In this document: positions 1 to 13,029 of the stretch, one piece after another | Numbering within the stretch: position 1 is the first letter of the stretch | How the letters are laid out: each line of letters opens with the position of its first letter | Notes under the pieces: model-generated | Seen by the model: the letters and a program-made list of their open reading frames with translations, nothing else | Told to the model about the DNA's origin: nothing | Databases searched by the model: none | Program-made: the position numbers and the translations under genes | Assembly (NCBI GenBank): GCA_947483975.1 | Contig: CANKOL010000005.1 | Coordinates: 1-42,024, forward strand | Source of the DNA: Sandaracinaceae bacterium | GTDB taxonomy: Bacteria > Myxococcota_A > Polyangia > Polyangiales > JADJQN01 | Direction: 5' to 3' | DNA: 42,024 nucleotides

Positions 1-1
1 C

Positions 2-2230
2 GCGCTGCAGGACGACCTCGCGCCGGAGTCGGAGCGCGGGGCGCTCACGCTGCGCGAGCGCGTCGCGGAGGCGCAGCGGCTGTTCGTCGATCAGAGCGCG
101 GGGGACGCGCACTTTGCCGCGCGGCAGGTCGTCGGGGCCGTGCTCGCGACGCTCGACCGGCTCGAGCGCGCGGACCCGCGCACCAGCGAGGGCAGGCAGA
201 GCGCCTTCCGCGACGTGCGGGAGCTCGACGCCGCGCTGCTCGAGACCTCGGCGCTCTCGGATCTGCTGCTGCTCGGGACCAAGGCGGACGCCGCGGCGGG
301 GAGCGCGCTCGTGGAGGCGCACGCGAGGCTCTCGGACTGGCTCCTCGCGCAGGAGGCCGAGCCGGTCTCGTCGCCGGTCGTACACCTGACGCTGCGCCTT
401 CGGCGGCTGCGCGTGCTCCTGCACCTGGTCGACGCGGACGGCGCGGGCGACGACGACGCGAGCAAGCGGCGCCTGCGCGCGACGGCCGTGCTGCTCCGCC
501 GGGCGCGGGACGACGCCGCCCCGGCGCTGCGGCGCACGCTCCTCGCGACGCTCGCGCGCTCCACCGACGGGCTCGTGCGCGAGGAGGTCTGCGAGATGAG
601 CGATGTGCTCGTCGGGCTGCTCTTCCACGTCGAGCGCCTCGAAGATCTCGGCGTGCTCGCCGAGGCGTCGATGGCGCCCGACGTGCAGACGGCCCTCCGC
701 GCGTACCTCTCCGTCGCGCGCTCCGCGCCGGGTCCAACCGCTGGCGTGACTCGCGTCCAGGCGCTGTTCGAGCTCGCCCGCGCGCTGCCGCCCGCGAGCT
801 CTCCGCGCGTCGAAGCTCTGCGAGCGGGAGTGCGTCGTCTCGCGCAGGCGCTCGAGCCGGTGGTCGCAGCGCAGGGCCTCGATCAGCTCGTCCCGATCGG
901 CGAGCCTGCGCTCTTGCTCGGCGTCGAGAACACCGTGCACACGCTCGCGCAACTCCTCCGGGGCGCCCGGCGGCGGCTCGGCAGCCTCCTCACCGACGAG
1001 GTGCCCGTCTCCGGGATCGCGCTGCGTTTCATCGAGCAGTCCGTCGATCGCGCCGCGAAGGGGGAGCGGGCGGACCTCGTCGAGGCCGTGGAGGCCGCGC
1101 GCTCGGTGCTCGGCGAGGAGCTCCCATCGGCCATCGCCGCCGTCGTCGTCGCGGCCCTCGAGCACGCGCTCACGCTGCCGCCGCGGGCGCCCGAGGGCAG
1201 CGCGCAGCCCCGCCCGACGCACTCCTTGGGAGGCAGCGGGCCCGACGCCGGGCTCCCGCCCTGGGTCCCGCCGAGCCGCATGATCGGCGGCTTCTACATC
1301 GTCCGCGCGCTCGGCAGCGGCGGCGCGGGCACGGTCTTCATCGTCAAGCGTGCGGACGAGCGGCACGACAACGCCGCCGAGCTCTTCGCGCTGAAGGTGC
1401 CGGACTACGACGGCGACGCCGCGCGCACGCTCAGCGAGCAAGAGTTCCACCGGCTCTTCCGCGAAGAGGCGGGCGCGCTGCTCGCGCTGCCCGCGCACCC
1501 GAACATCGCGACCTTCGTCACCTTCGACGCAGGCGCGCGCCCGAAGCCCGTGCTCGTGATGGAGCTCGTCGACGGGCCGAGCCTCGAGCGTCGGCTCGAG
1601 CAGAACACGCTCGACATGGACACCGCGTTTCGCACGCTCGAGGGCATCGGCGCGGGCCTCGAGGCGATGCACGCGCTCGACATCGGGCACCTCGACGTCA
1701 AGCCGTCGAATGTGATTTTGCGCGCCCCGCACGCCCCGCGTCGCTCCGCCGCGCCGCGGGCGCGGGTGTCGATCACCGCGGCTCCCCCCGTCGAGGCCGT
1801 GCTCGTCGACTTCGGCCTCGCGGGGCGGAAGCTGCGACCGGGCTGTGCGACCGCGCAATACGGAGCGCCCGAGGTCTGGGGCCTCGTGCCCGATGGTCAC
1901 GTCCCTCGCCCGGCCGCCGCGGACATCTACGCCTTTGGCTGCGTGATCTACGAGGTGCTCACGGGCCGCACGCTCTTCACCGGCGCGAGCGAGGTCGCCT
2001 TGCTGACCGCGCACCTCTCGCACGACGGTCTGCCCGACGCGCTCGCCGACCTCGCGCGCCTCGACGCGCCCTGCCGACGCCTCGTCGAGGCGCTGTCCTC
2101 GGCGCTCCGCCGCGACCCACGGCAGCGCCTCGCGATCGGCGACCTGCGCGCCGCGCTCGCAGCGACCGAGCGCGAGCTCGCTGGTCGTCGTTGGCCCCTC
2201 GGCAGCGCCGGCGCGACTTCCGTCAGCTGA
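2..2230 (+). CDS. Ser/Thr protein kinase, C-terminal kinase domain after a long helical N-terminal region (5' partial)
   Basis: Frame is open from the window edge. Hanks motifs LGSGGAGTV, ALK, HPNI, LVMELVDG, HLDVKPSNV, DFG, YGAPE, DIYAFG. Confidence 0.9.
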   Translation, partial: ALQDDLAPESERGALTLRERVAEAQRLFVDQSAGDAHFAARQVVGAVLATLDRLERADPRTSEGRQSAFRDVRELDAALLETSALSDLLLLGTKADAAAGSALVEAHARLSDWLLAQEAEPVSSPVVHLTLRLRRLRVLLHLVDADGAGDDDASKRRLRATAVLLRRARDDAAPALRRTLLATLARSTDGLVREEVCEMSDVLVGLLFHVERLEDLGVLAEASMAPDVQTALRAYLSVARSAPGPTAGVTRVQALFELARALPPASSPRVEALRAGVRRLAQALEPVVAAQGLDQLVPIGEPALLLGVENTVHTLAQLLRGARRRLGSLLTDEVPVSGIALRFIEQSVDRAAKGERADLVEAVEAARSVLGEELPSAIAAVVVAALEHALTLPPRAPEGSAQPRPTHSLGGSGPDAGLPPWVPPSRMIGGFYIVRALGSGGAGTVFIVKRADERHDNAAELFALKVPDYDGDAARTLSEQEFHRLFREEAGALLALPAHPNIATFVTFDAGARPKPVLVMELVDGPSLERRLEQNTLDMDTAFRTLEGIGAGLEAMHALDIGHLDVKPSNVILRAPHAPRRSAAPRARVSITAAPPVEAVLVDFGLAGRKLRPGCATAQYGAPEVWGLVPDGHVPRPAAADIYAFGCVIYEVLTGRTLFTGASEVALLTAHLSHDGLPDALADLARLDAPCRRLVEALSSALRRDPRQRLAIGDLRAALAATERELAGRRWPLGSAGATSVS

Positions 2231-2291
2231 CCGCGCGCAGGAGCGTATTGCGTAGCGGCGCGCGACGCTGTGCGGGGTATTCTCCGCCACC

Positions 2292-3905
<1,614 letters not shown>

Positions 3906-3911
<6 letters not shown>

Positions 3912-3923
3912 GGCGGCTCAGCC
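3906..3923. terminator. Short hairpin between convergent pruA and purL
   Basis: GGCTGAG-gcgg-CTCAGCC, a 7-bp stem containing both stop codons. No U-tract. Confidence 0.35.
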
Positions 3924-6900
3924 GACCCAGGCGCGGGCGTTGCGGAACATCCGCAGCCAGGGGCCGTCGGGGCCCCACTCCTCGGGCGACCACGAGTGCT
4001 GCACGGTGCGCCACACGCGCTCGGGGTGCGGCATCAGGATGGTCGCGCGGCCGTCGGTCGTCGTCAGCGCGGTGATGCCGTTCGGAGAGCCGTTCGGGTT
4101 GGTCGGATAGGTCGAGGCGACCGCGCCGCGCCCATCGACCCAGCGGAGCGCGACGAGGTCCGCCCGCTCGAGCGCGAGCAGGTGCGCGGCGTCTCGCACC
4201 TCGACGCGCCCCTCGCCGTGCGCGACCGCGATGGGCAGGCGCGCGCCCTCCATCCCGCGCAAGAGCACCGACGCGCTCGGCTCGACGCGCACCTGCGCGA
4301 GGCGGGCCTCGAAGCGCTCGCTGCGGTTCTGCACGAAGCGCGGCCAGAGCTCGGCGCCGGGGATCAGCTCGCGCAGCGTCGCGACCATCTGACAGCCGTT
4401 GCAGACGCCGAGCGTGAACGTGTCGTTTCGCCCAAAGAACGCGGCGAATTCGTCGCGAGCGCGCGCGTCGAAGAGGATCGTCTTCGCCCAGCCCCCGCCC
4501 GCGCCGAGCACGTCGCCGTACGAGAAGCCGCCGCACGCGACGAGCCCGCGGAAGCCACTCAGCGTGACGCGCCCCGCGAGCACATCGCTCGTGTGCACGT
4601 CCACCGCCTCGAAGCCCGCGCGATGGAACGCCGCCGCCATCTCGACGTGCCCGTTCACGCCCTGATCGCGGAAGATCGCGACCCGCGGGCGGGCGCCGGA
4701 GATCGCGGCGCGCGCGATGAACGGTGCGGCGACGTCCTCCTGCGGATCGAAGGTCAGGAGCGGCGCGAGCCCCGGAGCGTCGACGTCGACGCGCTGCGCT
4801 TGCTCCTCGTCTGCGCAGCCCGCGTCGTCGCGGAGGCGCTGCAGCGCGTGCGTCGTCTCCGACCAAATACCGCGCAGCTTCGTCACCGCTCGCGCGTAGA
4901 CCGTGCGCCCGCCCTGCGTGAGCGTCAGGACGCCGTCGTCGGTCGGCGCGCCGAGCACCCTGACACACTCGCCGAGCCCAGCGTCCGCGAAGCGTGCCAG
5001 TACAGACTGGCACTCTGACTCGCGCACTTGCACGACGGCGCCGAGCTCCTCAGCGAACGCCGCGGCGACCGCGTCGCGCCCGGCGGGCAGCTCCAGGCGG
5101 ACGCCCGTCGCGCCCGCAAACGCCATCTCGCACACCGTGACGAAGAGCCCGCCGTCCGAGCGGTCGTGATAGGCGAGCAGCTTCCCTTCGCGCGCGAGCG
5201 ACTGCACCGTCTCGAAGAACGCGACCAGATCGCGCGGCGCGTCGAGGTCCGCGGGCACGTCCCCGAGTTGCCCGTAGACCTGCGCGAGCGCAGAGGCGCC
5301 GGTGCGGTCTTGCCCGCGCCCGAGGTCGATCAGCAGCAGGGTCGTGGGACCGTGATTCTTGCGCAGCATCGGCGTCAGCGCGCCGCGCACCTCGGGCACG
5401 CGCGCGAAGCCCGACACGATCAGGGAGAGCGGCGAGGTGACGCTCCGCTTCTCGCCGTCGGCGTCCCAGACGGTGCGCATCGACATCGAGTCTTTGCCGA
5501 CGGGGATGGCGATCCCGAGCGCGGGACAGAGCTCCATGCCGACCGTGCGGACCATGTCGTAGAGCCCTGCGTCCTCGCCCGGATGGCCCGCGGGCGCCAT
5601 CCAGTTGGCGCTCAGCTTCACGTCGCCGAGCCTCTCGATGGGCACGCTCGCCAGGTTCGTCAGCGTCTCGGCGACGGCGAGGCGCGCGGACGCCGCGGGG
5701 TCGAGGAGCGCGACGGGCGTGCGCTCACCGATGGCCATGGCCTCGCCCGCGAAGACGTCGAACGCCGCGCAGGTGACGGCCGCGTCGGCGACGGGCACCT
5801 GCCACGGGCCGACCATCGAATCACGCGCGATCAGGCCCGTCACCGTGCGGTCGCCGATGGTGATCAGGAACGTCTTGTCGGCGACGGTCGGCAGGCGCAG
5901 CACGCGCTCGACGGCGTCCGCGAAGTCGATCGACGCGGTGTCGAGCGGCGTGCGCGGCGTGCGCAGATGCTCGGTGTGCCGCGTCATCTTGGGCGGCTTG
6001 CCGAGCAGCACCTCGAGCGGCAGCGCGATCGGCGTGTTGCCGAAGTGCGCGTCGCTGACGACGAGGTCGCGCGCCTCGGTCGCCTCACCGAGGAGCGCAT
6101 ACGGCGCGCGCTCACGGCGACAGATCGCCTCGAACGCCGCGTAGTGCGCCGGGTCGAGCGCGAGCACGTAGCGCTCCTGGCTCTCGTTGCACCAGAGCTC
6201 GAGCGGCGACATCCCCGGCTCGTCGCAGGGTATGGCGCGCAGCGCGAAGTGCGCGCCGCGCCTGGCGTCGTTGACCAGCTCGGGCAGGGCGTTCGACAGG
6301 CCACCTGCGCCGACGTCGTGGATCGACACGATGGGATTCTGGTCGCCGAGCCCCCAACAGCGATCGATGACCTCCTGACAGCGGCGCTCCATCTCGGCGT
6401 TGTCGCGCTGCACCGAGGCGAAATCGAGGTCTTCTTGGCTCGCGCCCGTCGCCATCGACGACGCCGCGCCTCCGCCGAGCCCGATCAACATCGCAGGACC
6501 GCCGAGCACGACGAGCTTGCTGCCGACGGGGATCACGGCCTTCAGCACGTGCTCTGCGCGGATGTTGCCGAGTCCGCCGGCGAGCATGATCGGCTTGTGA
6601 TAGCCGCGCACCTCGTCGCCCGCGGGTCCACTGACGCGCTGCTCGAAGGTGCGGAAATAGCCGCAGATCGCGGGGCGCCCGAACTCGTTGTTGAACGCCG
6701 CGCCGCCAAGCGGACCTTCGAGCATGATGTCGAGCGCGCTCGCGATGCGAGTCGGCTTGCCGTGGTCGACCTCCCAGGGTCGAACGGCGCCTGGGAGCCG
6801 CAGGTTCGAGACGCTGAAGCCGACGAGTCCGGCCTTCGGCTTGCTGCCGCGCCCCGTCGCGCCCTCGTCGCGGATCTCCCCGCCGGAGCCCGTCGACGCG

Positions 6901-7811
6901 CCCGAGAACGGCGAGATCGCCGTTGGATGATTGTGAGTCTCGACCTTGAGGAGCACGTGAATCGGCTCCTCGTGCTCGCCGTAGACGCCAGTGCGCGGAT
7001 CGACGAAGAAGCGCTTGCCGACGCTGCCTTCGATCACGGCGGCGTTGTCGTGATACGCGCTGAGCACGCCCTCCGGCGCGAGCACCGTCGTGTTCTTGAT
7101 CATCTGAAAGAGCGAGCGGTCCTGCGGGACTCCGTCCACGACGAACGTCGCATTGAAGATCTTGTGTCGGCAGTGCTCGGAGTTCGCCTGCGCGAACATC
7201 ATCAGCTCGACGTCGCTCGGGTCGCGCGCGAGCGTGCGGAAGGCGTCGACGAGGTAGTCGATCTCGTCCTCTGCGAGCGCGAGTCCGAGCGCCTTGTTCG
7301 CGCGGACGAGGGCCTCCCGCCCCTCGGCGAGCAGCGGCACCGTCGAGAGCGGGCGCGGCTCCGCGCGGCGAAAGAGCGCCTCCGCCGCGCCCTCGTCGCT
7401 GAGGACCGTCTCCGTCATGCGGTCGTGCAGCAGCGGCGAGAGCGCCGCGACGTCCGCCTCCGTGACGCCGACGAGCGTCCAACGGACTCCGCGCTCGAGG
7501 CGGCGCACCGCGTCGAGCCCCGCGATGCGCGCGATATCCGTCGCCTTCGAGGACCACGGGCTGATCGTGCCGAGGCGCGGCACGACGAAGCGCTCGAGCC
7601 CGGTGAGCGACTTCGGCGCGCGCGTCGGTCCGTAGTGCAGCAGGCGCGCGAGGACGCCCGCCTCGTTTTCCGTCAGCGGCCGCGAGACGTCGACGAAGTG
7701 CACGAACTCGGCGTGCAGGTCGGAGAGCGCCGGGACGCGCCCGCGCAGCGCCTCGAGCTTCTGTCGCGAGCGAGCTTCCGAGAGGGCCGCGGCACCGAGG
7801 AGCGTGAGCAT
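3918..7811 (-). CDS. purL: Phosphoribosylformylglycinamidine synthase, large single-chain type
   Basis: Motifs [65 protein letters not shown]. Start placed at ATG 7811 (MLTLLG), giving about 1297 aa. Confidence 0.97.
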   Translation of the reverse strand: MLTLLGAAALSEARSRQKLEALRGRVPALSDLHAEFVHFVDVSRPLTENEAGVLARLLHYGPTRAPKSLTGLERFVVPRLGTISPWSSKATDIARIAGLDAVRRLERGVRWTLVGVTEADVAALSPLLHDRMTETVLSDEGAAEALFRRAEPRPLSTVPLLAEGREALVRANKALGLALAEDEIDYLVDAFRTLARDPSDVELMMFAQANSEHCRHKIFNATFVVDGVPQDRSLFQMIKNTTVLAPEGVLSAYHDNAAVIEGSVGKRFFVDPRTGVYGEHEEPIHVLLKVETHNHPTAISPFSGASTGSGGEIRDEGATGRGSKPKAGLVGFSVSNLRLPGAVRPWEVDHGKPTRIASALDIMLEGPLGGAAFNNEFGRPAICGYFRTFEQRVSGPAGDEVRGYHKPIMLAGGLGNIRAEHVLKAVIPVGSKLVVLGGPAMLIGLGGGAASSMATGASQEDLDFASVQRDNAEMERRCQEVIDRCWGLGDQNPIVSIHDVGAGGLSNALPELVNDARRGAHFALRAIPCDEPGMSPLELWCNESQERYVLALDPAHYAAFEAICRRERAPYALLGEATEARDLVVSDAHFGNTPIALPLEVLLGKPPKMTRHTEHLRTPRTPLDTASIDFADAVERVLRLPTVADKTFLITIGDRTVTGLIARDSMVGPWQVPVADAAVTCAAFDVFAGEAMAIGERTPVALLDPAASARLAVAETLTNLASVPIERLGDVKLSANWMAPAGHPGEDAGLYDMVRTVGMELCPALGIAIPVGKDSMSMRTVWDADGEKRSVTSPLSLIVSGFARVPEVRGALTPMLRKNHGPTTLLLIDLGRGQDRTGASALAQVYGQLGDVPADLDAPRDLVAFFETVQSLAREGKLLAYHDRSDGGLFVTVCEMAFAGATGVRLELPAGRDAVAAAFAEELGAVVQVRESECQSVLARFADAGLGECVRVLGAPTDDGVLTLTQGGRTVYARAVTKLRGIWSETTHALQRLRDDAGCADEEQAQRVDVDAPGLAPLLTFDPQEDVAAPFIARAAISGARPRVAIFRDQGVNGHVEMAAAFHRAGFEAVDVHTSDVLAGRVTLSGFRGLVACGGFSYGDVLGAGGGWAKTILFDARARDEFAAFFGRNDTFTLGVCNGCQMVATLRELIPGAELWPRFVQNRSERFEARLAQVRVEPSASVLLRGMEGARLPIAVAHGEGRVEVRDAAHLLALERADLVALRWVDGRGAVASTYPTNPNGSPNGITALTTTDGRATILMPHPERVWRTVQHSWSPEEWGPDGPWLRMFRNARAWVG

Positions 7812-7921
7812 GCGGCGAGGATTGACCGACCTGCCGCAGCGGTGCCAGCCGACTGCGTGACCGCGCGCTCGTCTGTGGCGCGCCTCCAATGAGAGCGGGA
7901 CCTTGTGTACGATGCGCGGTG

Positions 7922-10024
7922 ATGCTCCGCGCCACTCGCTCCGTCGCGTCCCTGCTCGCGCTGTCCCTCGCGCTCGCCGCCTGCGGCGATGACCCGCCCG
8001 CCGCGCCCGCGCCGCTCCCGCCCGCGAGCTATTCGCTCGAGGACGGCACGCGCGTCGACGTCGATCCGCACGGCGCCGTCGCGCTCTTCACCGACGACGG
8101 CCGCGCGCTCGCGTCGACGACGTCCGCCGGCGTGCCGACGGTGCGCTCGTTCGATCAGACCGTCAGCGTCAACTCGGGCTTCTTCCGACATCGCCGCGCG
8201 AACGAGGTCGTGCGCCCGGCGTTGAACTTCCTCGGCAGCGAGCAGACCACCGCCGGCGTCGCGCTGCACTACAGCGGACCCGGCGGCGTCCTCATCGACG
8301 CGGTGGTCACCGTCGCGACCGCAGACGAGTCGACGCGCCTCCGCTACACGGCCTCCGGCCCGCACGCGGACTCGCTCGCGCTGCCGTTCTCGTGCGACGC
8401 CGCGGCGAGCTTCGCGGGCTTCGGCGCGCAGTACAACGCGACCGATCAGCGCGGCGAGGCGTTCCCCTTGTGGGTGCAGGAGCAGGGCCTGGGGCGCTCT
8501 GGGCATGGGCTGCTCAGCGGCGACGCGCACACGACGTACTTCCCGATGCCGTGGTGGCTCGATTGGCGCGGCTTCGGGGTGCTCGTCGACACGCCGGCCC
8601 GCACGCTCGTGGACCTCTGCAAGACCGACGCGAACGTCGCGTGGCTCGAGGTCGAGGACGCCGCGCCCCTCGACGTGCTCGTGTTTCACGGGCCGCGGCC
8701 AGCGGACGTGATTCGCGCGCTCGGCGACGAGATCGGGCGCGCGAAGCGGCCGCCCGACTGGGCGTTTTCCCCGTGGATCGGGATGCAGGGCGGGCGCACC
8801 GCGGTGCTCGACGAGGTCGCCGCGCTCGAGACCGCGGCCATCCCGTTCTCGGCCGTGTGGGTGCAGGACTGGTGCGGCGGCTCGCACCCGACGCCCGAGG
8901 TCTACGACCTCAACTACCGCTGGCTGCCCGACGAGACGCTCTATCCCGATCTCGCCGGCCTCGTGCGCACGCTGCGCACCGACCACGACGTGCGCTTTCT
9001 CGCCTACGCCAACTCGTTCATCGTCGAGGGCTACGAGCACTTCGCGCCGATGGAGGCACAAGGCCTGCTCATCCGGCGCCCGACCGGCGAGACCTATACA
9101 TTTCCTGCGACGTTCACGCCGGGCTCGCTCGCCGACTTCACGAACCCCGCGACCTACACCTACGTCGAGGGCTTCCTGCGCTCGATGGTCAGTGACCTCG
9201 GCTTCGACGGCTGGATGGCGGACTTCGGCGAGTGGCTGCCGACGGATGCGCTGCTGTTCGAGGGCGACGCGCGACTCCTGCACAACCTCTATCCCGCCGC
9301 GTGGCACAAAGCCTCACGAGACGTGATGGACGAGCTTCGCCCCGACGGCGATTGGGTGGTGTTCAGCCGGAGCGGCTGGACTCGCGATCACGCCGTGCAG
9401 CAGGTGGTGTGGATTGGCGATCAAGAGGCGGATTTTCTCCCGGGAGACGGCCTGCCGACGGTGGTCCCCGCGCTGATCAACATGGGCCTCTCGGGAGTGC
9501 CCTTCGTGACTCACGACATCGCGGGCTTCAGCGGCGGACCGAGCACGAAGGAGCTGTATATGCGCTGGACGGAGCTCGGCGCGTTCACGCCGATCATGCG
9601 CACGCACGAGGGGCTCAAGCGCGACTCCAACTGGAACTGGGACGGGGACGCCGAGACGACCGCGCACTTCGCCCGCTTCGCGCGCATCCACGAGGCGCTC
9701 GGGCCCGAGCTTCGCGCGCTCGCCGACGACGCGGGCGCGACCTCCGCGCCGATGCTCCGACACCTCGCCTACGAGTTCCCGGACGACGCGCCGAGTCGCA
9801 CCGTCAGCGACGAATTCCTGCTCGGCGGCGCGCTGCTCGTCGCCCCCGTCGTCGTCGAAGGGGCCGTGTCGCGCAGCGTGTATCTGCCGCCCGGGCGCTG
9901 GTTCGATGTGTGGACCGGCATGGGCTACGACGGCGGCACGACGATCACCGTCGCGGCGCCGCTCGGCAGCCCGCCGGTGTTCTCTTTGGGCGCTGACCGC
10001 ACGGATCTCCGCGCGATCTTGTGA
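7922..10024 (+). CDS. GH31 glycoside hydrolase lipoprotein, YihQ-like subfamily
   Basis: Lipobox LALAAC. Motifs [27 protein letters not shown] (nucleophile Asp), WIGDQ (acid/base Asp), [18 protein letters not shown]. Confidence 0.88.
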   Translation: MLRATRSVASLLALSLALAACGDDPPAAPAPLPPASYSLEDGTRVDVDPHGAVALFTDDGRALASTTSAGVPTVRSFDQTVSVNSGFFRHRRANEVVRPALNFLGSEQTTAGVALHYSGPGGVLIDAVVTVATADESTRLRYTASGPHADSLALPFSCDAAASFAGFGAQYNATDQRGEAFPLWVQEQGLGRSGHGLLSGDAHTTYFPMPWWLDWRGFGVLVDTPARTLVDLCKTDANVAWLEVEDAAPLDVLVFHGPRPADVIRALGDEIGRAKRPPDWAFSPWIGMQGGRTAVLDEVAALETAAIPFSAVWVQDWCGGSHPTPEVYDLNYRWLPDETLYPDLAGLVRTLRTDHDVRFLAYANSFIVEGYEHFAPMEAQGLLIRRPTGETYTFPATFTPGSLADFTNPATYTYVEGFLRSMVSDLGFDGWMADFGEWLPTDALLFEGDARLLHNLYPAAWHKASRDVMDELRPDGDWVVFSRSGWTRDHAVQQVVWIGDQEADFLPGDGLPTVVPALINMGLSGVPFVTHDIAGFSGGPSTKELYMRWTELGAFTPIMRTHEGLKRDSNWNWDGDAETTAHFARFARIHEALGPELRALADDAGATSAPMLRHLAYEFPDDAPSRTVSDEFLLGGALLVAPVVVEGAVSRSVYLPPGRWFDVWTGMGYDGGTTITVAAPLGSPPVFSLGADRTDLRAIL

Positions 10025-10093
10025 GTCCGGCGCCGCCCCGCGAGCGCAGACTCCTTCGACACGCGCGGGGCTGACGCGATATCCTCGGCGCCA

Positions 10094-11533
10094 ATGCGCG
10101 CTTCCTTCCTGCTGCTCCTCTGCCTGGCTGCGCTCGTCGCGTGTGGCGACCCTGCCCCGCTCACCGACGCCGGCCCGCCGCTCGACGCCGGTGCCGACGC
10201 TGGCGCGCCGCTGCCGCCTTGCGACGTCCCTGCGCTCCTCGTCGCCGGCACGCCTGAGACCGACGCGCTCGCGGACGCGCCTGCCCGCTGTGGCGCCCCC
10301 GCGTACTCGTGGCTGCGCAGCCCGCGCCTCGGCGAGGTCGTGTCGCGTACGCGCGTCGCGGCGTTCACCGCGCGCAGCCTGACGACGGCCATCGGCGCCG
10401 CGGGGCTCACGCTCGGCAGACCCTTCGAGCACGACGTCGCCATCGACACGCTCGTCTACATGACGCAGGACCGCGGCGCGCTCGTGCAAGCCTCGACCGC
10501 GCTCGTCTATCCCGTGCACCTCAGCGAGCGACGGGCGCTGCCGACGTTGCTCTTCGAGCACGGCACGAGCGGCTGGACGACCGGCTGCGGCCCGACGCGC
10601 GACACCAATTGGCGCTTGCTCAGCGCGGCGCTCGCCTCGCTCGGCTACGTCGTCGTCTCGCCCGATTTTCTCGGCAACGAGAGCGCCGGCGACGCGTACG
10701 GCGCGCCCCCGCCCTACCTCGTCGGGGAGGCGACGGCGCTCGCCTCGCTCGACGCCGCCCGCGCGGGGCTGCGCGCCCTCGCAGACCTCCGCATCACGAC
10801 GTGCGGCACGACTGATCTGCTCGTCTACGGCGCCTCTCAGGGCGGACACGCGGCGCTCTTCCTCGATCGCTACGCGCCGTATTACGCGCGCGAATTCGCC
10901 CTGCGCGGCGTCGTCGCGGCCGTGCCCGCGAGCGACTTCCTCGCGCACACCGAGCGCGCGCTCACGGCGCCCGTCCCCGCGACCGATTTCATCGCCGCGT
11001 TCCTCGCGACCGCCTCGCACTGGTATGGCGACGGGGCGCGCCTGGACGAGGTCTTCGTGCCCCCGCTCGACGCGCAGATCCCCGCGCTCCTGACGACCGC
11101 GTGTGATCCGAGCTTCCCGCCCAACGACCCGCTGACGTCGGAGTTCCAGCCCGCGCTGCTCGCCGCGGCGAGCGCCGGTACCTTCGCGGACCTCGAGCCC
11201 TGGGGCTGCATCACGCGCGAGGCGTCGCCTCGGCAGTCGTCGACTCCTCGGCTCGGACCGAGCGACCCGAGCTACGGCATCCTGTTCATCACCGGCGAGT
11301 CCGACACGCTGCTCGTCCCCACCATCGAGCGCCCGAGCTACGACGCGCTCTGCGCCGCGGGACTGCCGCTCGAGTACCTCGAGTGTCAGGGCGCCGCGCA
11401 CGCGGACGGTGCGCTCTGGTCGATCCCCGAGACGCTCGACTTCTTCGACGCGCGCCTCGCGGGAGTGCCGTTCGCGTCCGCATGCGCGCGCCCCGCGGCG
11501 TCGCGCTGCCGTGGAACGCCCGCCGCGCCCTGA
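10094..11533 (+). CDS. Alpha/beta-hydrolase lipoprotein, secretory lipase-like
   Basis: Lipobox LVAC. Motifs HGTSG, VVSPDFLG, nucleophile elbow GASQGG, TGESDTLL (Asp), GAAH (His). Confidence 0.8.
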   Translation: MRASFLLLLCLAALVACGDPAPLTDAGPPLDAGADAGAPLPPCDVPALLVAGTPETDALADAPARCGAPAYSWLRSPRLGEVVSRTRVAAFTARSLTTAIGAAGLTLGRPFEHDVAIDTLVYMTQDRGALVQASTALVYPVHLSERRALPTLLFEHGTSGWTTGCGPTRDTNWRLLSAALASLGYVVVSPDFLGNESAGDAYGAPPPYLVGEATALASLDAARAGLRALADLRITTCGTTDLLVYGASQGGHAALFLDRYAPYYAREFALRGVVAAVPASDFLAHTERALTAPVPATDFIAAFLATASHWYGDGARLDEVFVPPLDAQIPALLTTACDPSFPPNDPLTSEFQPALLAAASAGTFADLEPWGCITREASPRQSSTPRLGPSDPSYGILFITGESDTLLVPTIERPSYDALCAAGLPLEYLECQGAAHADGALWSIPETLDFFDARLAGVPFASACARPAASRCRGTPAAP

Positions 11534-11569
11534 CGCAGCGGACGGCGACTCCCAGGCTCGCGGAGAGGG

Positions 11570-12862
11570 TCACTCCGCGGACTGCAAGCAGCGGTGTCCG
11601 TCGCAGCGTGCCATTCGCAACACGGCAGGTAGCTCGGAGACTCCGGCGTCTGTCGCGAAGGGGTCGGCCGGGAGCTGCGCGCAGAGAAAGCGGCCGCGCT
11701 CGGCCGACTCGCCGAAGTAGAGCGCGCGCCCCGCGTCCCACGCGAGCGCGAAGCCGACGTGGTCGCCGTCGAGCACGGGCAGCGGGCGCATCGATGCGTA
11801 CACGTTGCCGCAGTCGACGTCGTAGTACGACGTCGCTTCGGCCGTGCGAGGCGGAGCGCGGTGCGCGCCGGTGCGCGCGTCGAGCAGCGCGACGTGCACG
11901 CGCGCGCCGTCGATCTCCCAAGCCCAGACGACGCGCAGCCCAGCCTTCACGAAGCTCCCGCCGGTGAAGTCGTCGACGCCGTAGCAGGGGACCTCCAGCA
12001 CCTCGACAGGGACCGCGCCGAGCTTGGCCCACACGCCGCAGAGGGCCTCGCTGCCCTCGTCGTCGCCGTCCTGCACGACGGCCGCGCGGAGGCCGCCGCC
12101 GAGCCAGCGCGCGTCGGCCGGGAGCGCGCGTGGCGTCGGGACCGCGCGGAGCGTCGTCGTGATCGACCAGCCACCGAGCGGCTCGACAGGGTCGACCGCC
12201 GCAGCGACCGCCGCGGGCGCGCCGAAGAGCAGGCACTCCGCGCGGCTGCTCGGACAGCTCTTCATCCAGCGGAGCTCGAGGGTCGCGTCGAGCGCGCTCG
12301 CGCCGTCGTGCGCGGCGTCGGGCGCCGCCTCGAGCGGGAAGGGCGTCGCGTCTGGCCAAGTCGGCAGCAGCAGCGCCGTGCGCGCGGTGTCGTCGACGAG
12401 CGCGAAGCCTTGGTCCTCGTAGGGCAGCTCGTAGACGGGCACCACGCGCACGCCCATCGGCACGGCTGCGGTGAGGTGCAGGTGGCGCGTGGTGCGCTCG
12501 GCGCCGCGCCCTGTGACGACCCAGAGGTCGAGCCCGTCGAGCGAGCGCACGATGCGCGGCGCCTCTCCCTGCGAGCGGCGCCCGCGCGTCGCCGTGCGCA
12601 GCAGCGTCGCGGGAGGCTCCGCGTGTGCGTCGGTCGCGCCAGGATCGCCGACCACCTCGACGACGAGTCGAGCGGCGAGGGCGGCGAGGTCGAGGGGCAC
12701 CGACACCGGCGGCGTTGGTGCGGCGCCGTCGACCGCGGAGTCGCAGCGGGGCGCGTCGGCTCCGGCGTCCGCGGGCTCGACCTTCGCGTCGACCGCGGTG
12801 AGCGTAGGCGAGCAGGCGGCGGTGAGCAGGAGGGTCGCGAGCGCGGCGGTGCGAGTGAACAT
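11570..12862 (-). CDS. Hypothetical lipoprotein
   Basis: ATG 12862 starts MFTRTAALATLLLTAAC (lipobox). Coding-like composition, no recognised domain. Confidence 0.65.
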   Translation of the reverse strand: MFTRTAALATLLLTAACSPTLTAVDAKVEPADAGADAPRCDSAVDGAAPTPPVSVPLDLAALAARLVVEVVGDPGATDAHAEPPATLLRTATRGRRSQGEAPRIVRSLDGLDLWVVTGRGAERTTRHLHLTAAVPMGVRVVPVYELPYEDQGFALVDDTARTALLLPTWPDATPFPLEAAPDAAHDGASALDATLELRWMKSCPSSRAECLLFGAPAAVAAAVDPVEPLGGWSITTTLRAVPTPRALPADARWLGGGLRAAVVQDGDDEGSEALCGVWAKLGAVPVEVLEVPCYGVDDFTGGSFVKAGLRVVWAWEIDGARVHVALLDARTGAHRAPPRTAEATSYYDVDCGNVYASMRPLPVLDGDHVGFALAWDAGRALYFGESAERGRFLCAQLPADPFATDAGVSELPAVLRMARCDGHRCLQSAE

Positions 12863-13029
12863 GGGTCGGCGCAAGTGCGAGCGCCGTGCCGACGTCGCGC
12901 GTTGCTGAATCGCAGCGGCTCTCGCCCGGCGGCCTCGGGCGCTCGCGTGCGCGCTTCCACGTCGAGCGTGTCTGCGGGTCCACGGGCGCGGGTCGAGTTG
13001 CGACATCGTCGGGTACAGGGAGCGTGCGG

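Noticed and set aside
7922..10024. Calling the GH31 a sulfoquinovosidase (yihQ) in a sulfoglycolysis locus
   Set aside because: The sulfonate-binding residues appear substituted and no sulfoglycolysis genes are adjacent.
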